Below are positions 36,424 through 44,507 of a stretch of DNA of 64,000 nt, one piece after another. The notes beneath the pieces were generated by a model. That model made no database searches. It saw only the letters and a program-made list of their open reading frames with translations, and was not told the origin of the DNA. Numbering within the stretch: the stretch's first letter is position 1; every line of letters starts with the position of its first letter. Origin of the DNA: a virus; the IMG/VR virus record IMGVR_UViG_3300037069_002825, positions 15,794 to 79,793 of that record; one strand, written 5' to 3'. Position numbers and translations under genes: made by a program.

Positions 36424-38232
36424 ATGACCCCCGGGCACCCCGTAGAGGGAGAGGCACGAGAGGCGCGCTGGGGTTCCGGCGGTCCAGGTAGGGGCGCTCT
36501 CGCTGCCCTGTTGGGTGCGCTTGAGCGTCGTCGCGCATTGTTCTGGACGGGCCGCGTGCTGATAGAGCTTGACCGCGAGTTTGACCCGGTTGAGGAGGGC
36601 ACGGGTGCTGTCCAGATGGTCCTCGACGACCAAGACTTCGCGGCTTTGAAGGCGCTGGCCGTCCCGGTCGAGCGGGGAGAGGCACGAGAGGCGACGTGGC
36701 AGGACGCGATCGACTGGCTGCGACGTGAATACGCCCACGAGCGGGCCGACACGATCATGCACTACTACGCATATCGCTACGCCGACGACCTTGAGCGACA
36801 CAAGCCTGCCGCCGTCCCGGTCGAGCGGGAGCACGAGGACACACCAACGTGTCTCCCGATGAGCGTACGGGAGCTACTAGCGGAGCTTTTCCTGCATGTC
36901 CAGAAGCACGAGGTCGACGAAGTCGAGCGACGCGTTGCCGACGCGCTCGCGGGGAAGCTTCACTGGATCAGCGACGACCAGCGGGCACTCGAACTTGCGC
37001 GTTGCGTCCTCGCTGCTGCTGGTGGCGCCTCAGGGTTCCAAGGGGTCCGCCATCGTTTCGAGGCTGACTGGGTGCCGGTCGACCGGACGCACGACGATGC
37101 ACGCGCGATGGAGAAGACGCCTGGGCGGCAGGAGGACCCTTGGCATGCGGTCGGTCGTGAGATCGGTGAGGCGCACCGGGAGCGGGAGCACGAGGTCTCA
37201 GACGCCGAAGTGAAGGCGGTCGCGGCGATCCTCAGGAACGTATGGCTCAAAGAGCTAGACGGCCTGGGGGTCATCGCGGACGAAGCGGAGAACATCGCTA
37301 TCGATTGCCTCCGGGCCGCTCGGCGCGCTGCTGTTCGTGGCACCTCACTCGACTCGTGGGAGTTGCCAGAAGGGTGGGAAGATCACGATCTGGAGGAGCT
37401 TGATCTCTATGCGCGCAAGCTGACCATCGATGTGGACGAGATGATCGATGCTGGAAGCTTCACCCGCGATGGGCTACGGAGGGCCATTAGCGCAGTTGTG
37501 GCGGGGCGTGACACCTCACCCGAGCGCGTGAACGTCCCTGGCTATCGGGTGCGTGGAGAGGACGGGACGCTCGGCAACACGGTAGTCGATCGCCGCAAAG
37601 GTGAGCGCCGGCAGGGTGAACGGCGCAGCGAGGCGAACAGCCCCCGGTCGGAAATGCTGCCTCAGCGTCGGGACTGGGGCAAGGGCGATCGCCGGAGCGG
37701 GAACGACCGCCGTGACACCTCACCCGAGCAGTCGGGGGGGCCAACCGACGAGGAGCTGACGGAGCTGATCGAGCTTCCCCGTGACCTCGCTGCTGTCTTG
37801 AAGGACCCGGGCATCATCATCGCCCAGGACCAAAAGGTATTCGAGCTGATCGCAAAGTGGCAGAACGCTGCGTGTCCGACCCTCGGCGTTACCCCGACCT
37901 CACCCGAGCAGCCGGAGGAATCGCACGCGACGCAGCCTGCGGGGCTTCGTGTCGGCGGCCGGGTTTGGAGAGGCGGCCATTGGCGGTCGGCGAGCACCGA
38001 AGACGGGGGTGGCCCCGCCATTGTCAAGACTCCCGACGTAGAGCCAGATTCACACGGCGAGCATGCCCCCGCGTCCCATGATGAGGTAGAGCGGCTCGCC
38101 AAGTGGCTGCACGGCAATTGCTCCGACATAGAGAAGACCTACACATGGGCGAGATTGCCCTTCTTCTATCGCCACCGCTTTCGCTCACAGGCCCGGGCCG
38201 CTCTCGCCGCTACACAGGGAGGCCGGGACTGA
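36424..38232 (+). CDS. Mosaic multi-module protein joined by repeated linkers
   Basis: Unrelated blocks separated by (A)VPVER-type and DTSPE-type repeats. Confidence 0.6.
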   Translation: MTPGHPVEGEAREARWGSGGPGRGALAALLGALERRRALFWTGRVLIELDREFDPVEEGTGAVQMVLDDQDFAALKALAVPVERGEAREATWQDAIDWLRREYAHERADTIMHYYAYRYADDLERHKPAAVPVEREHEDTPTCLPMSVRELLAELFLHVQKHEVDEVERRVADALAGKLHWISDDQRALELARCVLAAAGGASGFQGVRHRFEADWVPVDRTHDDARAMEKTPGRQEDPWHAVGREIGEAHREREHEVSDAEVKAVAAILRNVWLKELDGLGVIADEAENIAIDCLRAARRAAVRGTSLDSWELPEGWEDHDLEELDLYARKLTIDVDEMIDAGSFTRDGLRRAISAVVAGRDTSPERVNVPGYRVRGEDGTLGNTVVDRRKGERRQGERRSEANSPRSEMLPQRRDWGKGDRRSGNDRRDTSPEQSGGPTDEELTELIELPRDLAAVLKDPGIIIAQDQKVFELIAKWQNAACPTLGVTPTSPEQPEESHATQPAGLRVGGRVWRGGHWRSASTEDGGGPAIVKTPDVEPDSHGEHAPASHDEVERLAKWLHGNCSDIEKTYTWARLPFFYRHRFRSQARAALAATQGGRD

Positions 38233-38468
38233 TGGACCCAAACGGCAACATCTATCTCCTTCCGGAGGACGAGATTCCGGCCGAGGACAAGGCACGGATG
38301 GATGGCTACCTCCGAGGCAAGGCTGAGAACGATCTGGAGGTTTCGCGCCTCTTCTTGCAGGTCGGAGTCGAGCGGGAGAGAGCCGCAATGGCTGAGGTTG
38401 CAGCACGTGAGGCATTGACCGAACGCGACGAAGCCGAGGCTACACAAGGAGACGGCGACCGTGGATGA
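38232..38468 (+). CDS. Hypothetical protein ending ATQGDGDRG
   Basis: GGAGG RBS, TGATG coupling. Confidence 0.55.
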   Translation: MDPNGNIYLLPEDEIPAEDKARMDGYLRGKAENDLEVSRLFLQVGVERERAAMAEVAAREALTERDEAEATQGDGDRG

Positions 38469-38625
38469 ATACGAGCGCATGAAGCAGGCGATCGAAGTTG
38501 GCCGTGGCGTAGGGCAATCGCCAGTGATGTCGGTAGCGAGGATGAGACCGGTTTGCAAAGACGCTGGTGTTCTCCTGCGCCGCTGGCTTGACGAGCAGGG
38601 CGCTACACAAGGAGAGGGCGAGTGA
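38461..38625 (+). CDS. Small hypothetical protein ending ATQGEGE (not in ORF track)
   Basis: AAGGAG RBS, GTG start, GTGA coupling downstream. Confidence 0.55.
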   Translation: MDEYERMKQAIEVGRGVGQSPVMSVARMRPVCKDAGVLLRRWLDEQGATQGEGE

Positions 38626-38918
38626 TCGTCGGGTACCGACAGATGAATCCCCGCGAGAGGGCATCGATGCGCCGAGAGGTCCTAATCGACATCTTGCGCG
38701 AGCGGCCGCTGCTCAGTACAAGCGAGTTGAGCGCCATTCTGCTTGCGGAGACGGGTGGTCCGCCCGCGATGCTTACAGGCGCGATCTTCGCTGGCCCTTG
38801 GACGGTCTACAGCGACCTCTCGACGCTCGCAAAGCAGGGCGTCGTGCATCGCTGGAAGGCGTCCGAGCGGCGCGCCGTCTCATGGTCTGTCGCTGATTCG
38901 GGAGGAGCGGGCGAGTGA
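38622..38918 (+). CDS. Winged-HTH protein
   Basis: RR..L..IL......STSEL...TVYSDL..L.KQG.V. Confidence 0.6.
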   Translation: MIVGYRQMNPRERASMRREVLIDILRERPLLSTSELSAILLAETGGPPAMLTGAIFAGPWTVYSDLSTLAKQGVVHRWKASERRAVSWSVADSGGAGE

Positions 38919-39325
38919 GCCTCAAGGCGATGGAGAAGGTCTGCTGGGAGGCGACCTGCGACAACTGCGGCGAGGGCGACAACTTCGAATACTACGGGAG
39001 CTTCCACTACCCGAGCCGTGAGGCGGCGCTGGAAACCATCGTCAGTGACCTTGAGTGGGTCGAGCGCGACGGAATCCTGCTCTGCAACGGCTGCATCGAA
39101 AACGAGGATTACCCCCCGGAGGATGTAGAGAAGGCGGTCGCGTCGCTGATTGAGAAGGTGCGCGCCGAGCGGGCCGATGGCTCACCCGAGCACTCGTCCT
39201 GCTGTGGTGTGGGCGTCCGTGTTGATAGCGGCGATGAGGGGACGAGCTGCTACGTGTGCGAGCGGTGCGGCAAGCCGTGTGATGCGCGTCGTGGCTCTCC
39301 TGAGCGGGGAGGAGAGGGCAAGTGA
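38915..39325 (+). CDS. Zn-finger mosaic protein
   Basis: CDNC...CNGC then CC...CERC...C after the DGSPEHS linker. Confidence 0.6.
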   Translation: MSLKAMEKVCWEATCDNCGEGDNFEYYGSFHYPSREAALETIVSDLEWVERDGILLCNGCIENEDYPPEDVEKAVASLIEKVRAERADGSPEHSSCCGVGVRVDSGDEGTSCYVCERCGKPCDARRGSPERGGEGK

Positions 39326-40107
39326 GCACGCAACCCGACTACGAGTATCGGCTCTCGTGGGAGTGCCCGAGCGCCGCTTGTGTCATGGCTCATCAGGGCG
39401 TGGCTTGGGAGACGCTGACGGCTGAGGAATGGGACGGCCTTCCGTGGGAGTCGAGCTACCGGATCGCGGACGGCGGTGACATCTTCACGCAGCGACACAC
39501 GCTCGAACTATGGGCCGAGCATCACCACGAGCCCGTGCGCAACGTCCGCTTCGCGCGTCGCCCCATGCCCGATCCCGACGAGGGCTGGGACGAGATCGCT
39601 GAGCGTGGGGCGACGGGAGTAACCCACTGGAAGCCAGTTGACCGTGTCATGGCGCGGGCCGATGGCTCACCCGAGCACTCCCCGCACATCACGACGGCGC
39701 ATCGCGTCTATGAGGGGAGCAGCGGTGAGATCGTGGTCGATCCCCCCGTTGACGGGCCGCACGTCTTCATCAACCGGCTGCGGTACGGGAACCTCTCGGA
39801 GCCGATGAGCGGGAGGGCGCTCCGCCTGCTACCCAACCCTCCGGTACCCGAAGACGACGACCTGTGGGAAGAGACTGCGGTCGGTGCCGATGGGGACCGT
39901 CTTGTCGGCCGTGACGACGTCCTGAAGGTCGGGAACGGCGAGCGGTTCTACACATCGCCTTCGTCAATCACTGCGGGCTCACCCGAGCACTCCACGGAGG
40001 AGGCGAAGGTCTGCAAGCTTTGCAACGGGAGGGGTTACCGGAAAGTGGCGGGTGCGCCCTACAGCGAACCGTGTGGCTGCGAGCACTCCACGGAGCCCGA
40101 GCGATGA
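39322..40107 (+). CDS. Mosaic protein (three modules, GSPEHS linkers)
   Basis: Linkers at 39654 and 39976; terminal CKLCNG.G...C.C. Confidence 0.6.
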   Translation: MSTQPDYEYRLSWECPSAACVMAHQGVAWETLTAEEWDGLPWESSYRIADGGDIFTQRHTLELWAEHHHEPVRNVRFARRPMPDPDEGWDEIAERGATGVTHWKPVDRVMARADGSPEHSPHITTAHRVYEGSSGEIVVDPPVDGPHVFINRLRYGNLSEPMSGRALRLLPNPPVPEDDDLWEETAVGADGDRLVGRDDVLKVGNGERFYTSPSSITAGSPEHSTEEAKVCKLCNGRGYRKVAGAPYSEPCGCEHSTEPER

Positions 40108-40652
40108 GCGATCGGCTTCGGATCGTCCCGATGATGCGCGACGAGGCGAACGATTTCGTGAAGCGCCATCATCGCCATTCGGGCATCCGCCAGGGCTACC
40201 GCTTTGCTCTCGGCGCCGCGCTCGGTGACGAGTTGGTTGGCGTGGCGATCGTCGGTCGTCCCGTGGCGCGTGGTCTGCAGGATGGCTGGACGGCCGAGGT
40301 TCTTCGGCTATGCACGACAGGCACGCGCAACGCCTGCTCGTTTCTCTATGGCGCTTGCTGGCGCGCTGCTAGAGCGCTCGGCTATACGAAGCTCGTCACG
40401 TACACCCTCGCGAGCGAGGCAGGAGCGTCGCTTCGCGCGTCGGGCTGGCGCGTAGTCGCCGAGGTAAAGGGCCGCGAGTGGACGACCCCGAGCCGCCCAC
40501 GCGACCCAAGTCACCCACAGGATCGTCTCCGCTGGGAGCTGGCCGAGCACCCCACGACTGAACCGGCTGGACGTAAAGCGGTATCTGCTGAGGATCTCGC
40601 GCAGGCGATTGACGGAGTTGCAGCCGGCATGATAGCTTCGCAACGCGCATAG
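40104..40652 (+). CDS. XF1762-like GNAT-fold protein
   Basis: AN.FV..HHRH, GVAIVGRPVAR, EV.RLC..G..NACS.LY.A..RAA.ALGY....TYTL..E.GASL.A.GW. Confidence 0.75.
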   Translation: MSDRLRIVPMMRDEANDFVKRHHRHSGIRQGYRFALGAALGDELVGVAIVGRPVARGLQDGWTAEVLRLCTTGTRNACSFLYGACWRAARALGYTKLVTYTLASEAGASLRASGWRVVAEVKGREWTTPSRPRDPSHPQDRLRWELAEHPTTEPAGRKAVSAEDLAQAIDGVAAGMIASQRA

Positions 40653-40685
40653 GCCAATATCAACGCAACGAAGAAGGGGAGGTCA

Positions 40686-40985
40686 GTGGTGGATAGACCC
40701 GAAGCAGTGAAGGTGCTGAGGACTCACGCGCAACGTCACTACGGTGAGCTTCGTTACGAGAAAATCACCCTAGTGCCGCTAATCAGGGGTGCGATCCTGG
40801 CGTCGACGGACGAAACGGACGGAACGGAGTCTGGGTATGAGGTGGTGAACACGGCGATCGAAGCCCTTCTCGCGCCGGAGGGATCGGTGGCCGAGACGGG
40901 AAGCGAGCTGTTCATAGGCCGCGATGGCACCCTGTCGAAACTGGGGTCACCCGAGGCGGCTGGCCCACTGGCCGACGCTCAATAG
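40686..40985 (+). CDS. Hypothetical protein
   Basis: GGGGAGG RBS. Confidence 0.55.
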   Translation: MVDRPEAVKVLRTHAQRHYGELRYEKITLVPLIRGAILASTDETDGTESGYEVVNTAIEALLAPEGSVAETGSELFIGRDGTLSKLGSPEAAGPLADAQ

Positions 40986-40988
40986 CTG

Positions 40989-41366
40989 ATGACCCGCGAG
41001 ATTACGGTTACGTTCGGTGACGCGGGAGAGCCCACGGTCTACGTTGGCGGCGTCCGGCACCACTCGGTGGTCGACGTGATCTACCTTGAGCATGGGGCTC
41101 TTGAGGTCGGGAAGATCACCGTGGACCTGACGAGACCCGTGCGTCCGACGGTCGAGGAGCGCATGGCGGCGGCAACGCGCCGCCGCGAGCTGGAGCAGCG
41201 CATCAGGGCATATCCGGGAATCGCGACCGAGGCGCTGTTCGTCAACCTCGACTGCCGCACCTATCCAGGCGAGCACCCCAGGGGCGAAATGCTCGTGGAT
41301 CTCGCGGAGTTGCATCGAGAAGGCAAGATCAAACGCGACGACGAGCAGAAATGGACCGTGATATAG
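40989..41366 (+). CDS. Hypothetical protein with wHTH-like C-terminus
   Basis: I...PGI....L...L.EL..EGKI.....KW. Confidence 0.5.
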   Translation: MTREITVTFGDAGEPTVYVGGVRHHSVVDVIYLEHGALEVGKITVDLTRPVRPTVEERMAAATRRRELEQRIRAYPGIATEALFVNLDCRTYPGEHPRGEMLVDLAELHREGKIKRDDEQKWTVI

Positions 41367-41373
41367 TCGCGCC

Positions 41374-42489
41374 ATGGCCTCGATTGCCGGCAATGTAAGC
41401 GCTCTCTCTGCCGCCACGGCGCTCAACCCCGATGGTTCAGCGGTCATCAGCCTGACGGGGTCGGACGTTGCCCAGCAGCTTCGCTTCACGTCTAGCGAGG
41501 TTGTCAACATCAGGGCCTCTCTCACCCCGCCATCGTCGATTCCCTTCGAACCGGGGATGAACACTGGAACGGAACCTGAGGACTTCCTTTGCCTCGCCAG
41601 GGAGGGTGTCAAGTTCGTCCGCGTCGAGATCAAAGCTGTGGACATATTTACGGCGCCGCCGACCACGTTGTCTCGCGCTAGCCTGGTCGTGGCGGCCTCC
41701 ACCATCATCGAAGAGTTCGCGGCGCAGGGTATTCGGGTGCAGCTCCTCGTGGGCGCCCACGGTTCGATGGTCTCACCCGAACACATGGCCGCGCTCGGTG
41801 ACATCGCCAAGCGGTTCGGTCCCCACAGTGGCTTCCGCCTTCCGATCCGGCGGATCGAGCTGATGAACGAGACGAGCATGGGCTACCAGTACAACGACGG
41901 TCACGAATCGGCGTCGTACAAGCTGCGCGCTCGCACCTACGCCGAACGCGCCAAGGAAGGCGCGCTCGCGATGCTCCCCTACGGCGTCGGGGCCATCGTG
42001 CAGGCCGAGGACGGCGGTTCCGGTTCCAGCGTCTGGGTCGACGAAATGTTCTCCGCCGTGCCGGATCTCGCTAGTCACGCCGGCGGCTGGGTGATCCACG
42101 CCTACCCGTCGCAGGGCAAACCGGGTGTCGTCGACACCGGCGGCGCACCGAAGCTGGAGCGGATGATCGCCGACCTCGCTGCGCACGGTGATCACACTAT
42201 TCCGATCGAAATCACCGAGTGGGGCTTTTGCTCCAACAACGGAGAGGTACTCAACAACGGCCAGCACTTCACCTGGGCGGAAGCGGCGGTGATGGCCAAA
42301 GAACACCTCGCAGAAATCAAGGGCATCTGCGGGCCGCGTCTGCGTTCGTTTATGGTGTATCAGGTGCGCGACCAGGCGCCGAGTGTCCCGGCCAGCGCGG
42401 ACCATGAACGCTACTTCGGTGTGCTCGGCCACGAAGGGCAGCCTAAGGGTGCCTACACCGAAGCCATCGAGCACATCCTCGCCAGCTGA
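41374..42489 (+). CDS. Clan GH-A glycoside hydrolase
   Basis: IELMNE (acid/base), IHAYP, IEITEWG (nucleophile), YQ.RD, FG.L. Confidence 0.8.
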   Translation: MASIAGNVSALSAATALNPDGSAVISLTGSDVAQQLRFTSSEVVNIRASLTPPSSIPFEPGMNTGTEPEDFLCLAREGVKFVRVEIKAVDIFTAPPTTLSRASLVVAASTIIEEFAAQGIRVQLLVGAHGSMVSPEHMAALGDIAKRFGPHSGFRLPIRRIELMNETSMGYQYNDGHESASYKLRARTYAERAKEGALAMLPYGVGAIVQAEDGGSGSSVWVDEMFSAVPDLASHAGGWVIHAYPSQGKPGVVDTGGAPKLERMIADLAAHGDHTIPIEITEWGFCSNNGEVLNNGQHFTWAEAAVMAKEHLAEIKGICGPRLRSFMVYQVRDQAPSVPASADHERYFGVLGHEGQPKGAYTEAIEHILAS

Positions 42490-42729
42490 CGATTCACCCG
42501 CAGTTTGCGTGGTGATCACAGCGGGACGCGCCTCGGTTAGTGTAGGGTCATGCCACATGGACGACCCCGATGCTCCGCTGTTCGACACACCAAAGCTCGA
42601 CAGGGACGAAGGGATGTCGCTTGAGCCGACGTTCACGCCGATGTGGCTTGCGTCACTGGCGTTGGTCCTGGCCCTCGTGGCGTTCATCGTGGGGAGTCTG
42701 GCGCTGTTCATCGCCGTAGGGCCCCGCTG

Positions 42730-43257
42730 ATGCTCGCGACGCGGCCGCCCGACCTCCTTCATCGGCTCTATCCGCTCAAGCGTGAACTGAACGAATATGC
42801 CGACAAATATGTCAATCAGGGGCCCGACGGTGAAATGGGTGCCGACTGGGTGGTCTTCGGCTCCTTCGTCTTGCTCCTCCACGGCCTGCGCGAGGGTATC
42901 GGCGATGTCGACGTGTTCGTGGCGCCCAGTCTCTGGGTCGCACTGTCCGGCACGCTGAACTGGCGCCTTCAGCTACCCAATCGTAAGGACCCTCCCCTCC
43001 TCGAACGCCTCGTCGGCGGGGTCCGCGTCCACGCTTTCTACGCTTGGACGACCAGCGAACCCGTCGTGACAGCCGAGGAGGCGCGCGAGCAAGCCGAGGT
43101 CGTCGGGGTGGGCGTCGATGCGTGGCCGTGCGTCCCCCTCTCGCTCATTCGCAGACACAAGATCGCCTCCCGGGAGTACAACCCCGGCAGTGTCGGTCAC
43201 AACAAGCACCGAGCCGACATCGCGGCAATCGACGGCTACCTCGGGGGTCAAGCGTGA
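42730..43257 (+). CDS. Pol-beta-superfamily nucleotidyltransferase
   Basis: WVVFGS..L.LHGL....GDVDVFV...; C-terminal K........K...D. Confidence 0.65.
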   Translation: MLATRPPDLLHRLYPLKRELNEYADKYVNQGPDGEMGADWVVFGSFVLLLHGLREGIGDVDVFVAPSLWVALSGTLNWRLQLPNRKDPPLLERLVGGVRVHAFYAWTTSEPVVTAEEAREQAEVVGVGVDAWPCVPLSLIRRHKIASREYNPGSVGHNKHRADIAAIDGYLGGQA

Positions 43258-43697
43258 TCGAGGTCTGGACCGACGGCGCCTGTTCGCAGAACCCGGGACC
43301 GGGCGGCTGGGCGTTTGTCATCCAGTCAGCCGAGGGGACAACGGAGGGCTCGGGCGGACACGTGTCTACCACAAACAACCGCATGGAGCTAATGGCTGCG
43401 ATCCAGGGCCTCGCCGAACTTCCCGACGAGAGCGGCCCGATCGAGGTGGTGTCCGACTCGGTCTATGTCGTCGAAGGCGCGCGGGTGTGGATGCACAAGT
43501 GGAAGGCCAGGGGTTGGCGCAGGGCTGGCGGACCCCTGATCAACGTGGACCTCTGGAAGTTGCTCCACGCCCAGGTCGAGCGACTGTCACCGACCTTCCG
43601 CTGGGTAAAGGGGCACGCCGGCCACGCGCTCAACGAGCGCTGTGACGGGCTGGCGGTTGCAGCCGCCCTTCGGGCTACGAGGAAGTTCTCAACCTGA
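43254..43697 (+). CDS. rnhA: Ribonuclease HI
   Basis: TDGACS.NPGPGGW, TTNNRMEL, SDS.YV, N.DLW, WVKGHAG...NERCD.LA. Confidence 0.95.
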   Translation: MIEVWTDGACSQNPGPGGWAFVIQSAEGTTEGSGGHVSTTNNRMELMAAIQGLAELPDESGPIEVVSDSVYVVEGARVWMHKWKARGWRRAGGPLINVDLWKLLHAQVERLSPTFRWVKGHAGHALNERCDGLAVAAALRATRKFST

Positions 43698-43833
43698 CAC
43701 TCGTCGCCCCGAGGTGAGCAAAAGTGGGGTCTCGGGAAACTCCCTTCTTCCTGCGTCTCCGCAATTAATCATAGCTCTTCGACTCGCTAGCGCTCGCCGC
43801 GCCGCCTACGGCTGGTAAGAAAACATAATCACC

Positions 43834-44097
43834 GTGTCAAATGTCCGCAACGAGCAGGTGAAACGCGATGTGCTCGCCTACGTCAGCTGGGTTTGGAGTC
43901 TCCAGGCGCGTGAGCGCGAACGCAACGATCCGGCGATCGACTGGCAGTCCGACATGAGCTGGGACGAGATAATGGCTTGCACCGGATGGGAGGGTCGGAA
44001 CCTGATCTCGGCGATGACGCTGGCGCCGGGCGACCTCACCGGCAGTTCCGAGATCAACGCGCAGCTCTACTGGCCCGACACACCGCCGCAGCGGTAG
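43834..44097 (+). CDS. Hypothetical protein
   Basis: Only plausible ORF in the interval. Confidence 0.4.
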   Translation: MSNVRNEQVKRDVLAYVSWVWSLQARERERNDPAIDWQSDMSWDEIMACTGWEGRNLISAMTLAPGDLTGSSEINAQLYWPDTPPQR

Positions 44098-44124
44098 ATA
44101 TGTAATGATCCCCAAATCGGTGCG

Positions 44125-44255
44125 GTCGGCCACTGATGTGCACATGGGAACCCACAAGCCGACAGCGCGAGCGAACCTTCCTGCGACCCCCACGCCACGG
44201 GCACGTGCGGGAATCCCGGTAGGTCGGTGTGGCGCCGACCCCCGGGCTCTCGCGT
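44125..44255 (+). ncRNA. Candidate structured RNA
   Basis: GTCGGC/GCCGAC; GCGCGAG/CTCGCGT enclosing TTCCTGC/GCGGGAA and CCCGG-GGTCGGTG/CGCCGACC-CCGGG. Confidence 0.35.
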
Positions 44256-44296
44256 CCACTGCCCCTCAGTGAGTGTTGGGGCCGGGGCGTCGAAGG

Positions 44297-44325
44297 TTGC
44301 GCCCCGCAAAGCTTCCCGTTATGAT
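44297..44325 (+). promoter_or_regulatory. Sigma-A-type promoter of the tRNA-like RNA
   Basis: TTGCGC-17 nt-TATGAT; predicted +1 near 44332. Confidence 0.7.
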
Positions 44326-44331
44326 GCGTGG

Positions 44332-44494
44332 GCGCCCCTAGCTCAGTTAGCCCAGCCGCTTGAGCTAAGCACCAACGTAGTGCTTAGCGAGGTGAAAGAG
44401 CACCCGTGGACGAAACGGGAGGTCGTCGGTGGTGACCAAGGCCTCGATTGGATCGATCTGGGCGGCGGAAACCAGGGCCAGCCGGCGGGGCGCA
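44332..44494 (+). ncRNA. tRNA-like RNA (ACG at anticodon position) with expanded D- and T-loops
   Basis: Acceptor GCGCCCC/GGGGCGC+A, TA 8-9, D stem GCTC/GAGC, anticodon stem CCCGT/ACGGG, variable AGGTC, T stem GTCGG/CCGGC. Confidence 0.7.
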
Positions 44495-44507
44495 CTCGAA
44501 GTGTTGT

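Larger units (their letters stand above)
36440..40095 (+). repeat. Dispersed in-frame direct repeats (several families)
   Basis: For example a 27-bp exact GCGGGCCGATGGCTCACCCGAGCACTC at 39169 and 39654; CGTGACACCTCACCCGAGC at 37507 and 37711. Confidence 0.9.

Noticed and set aside
36440-40095. Repeats as a CRISPR array or stoperator set
   Set aside because: Spacing is irregular and long, and the copies are always in one reading frame inside genes
44131-44155. Hammerhead ribozyme (CTGATG...GAAC)
   Set aside because: The core does not match CUGANGA/GAAA and stems I-III cannot be built
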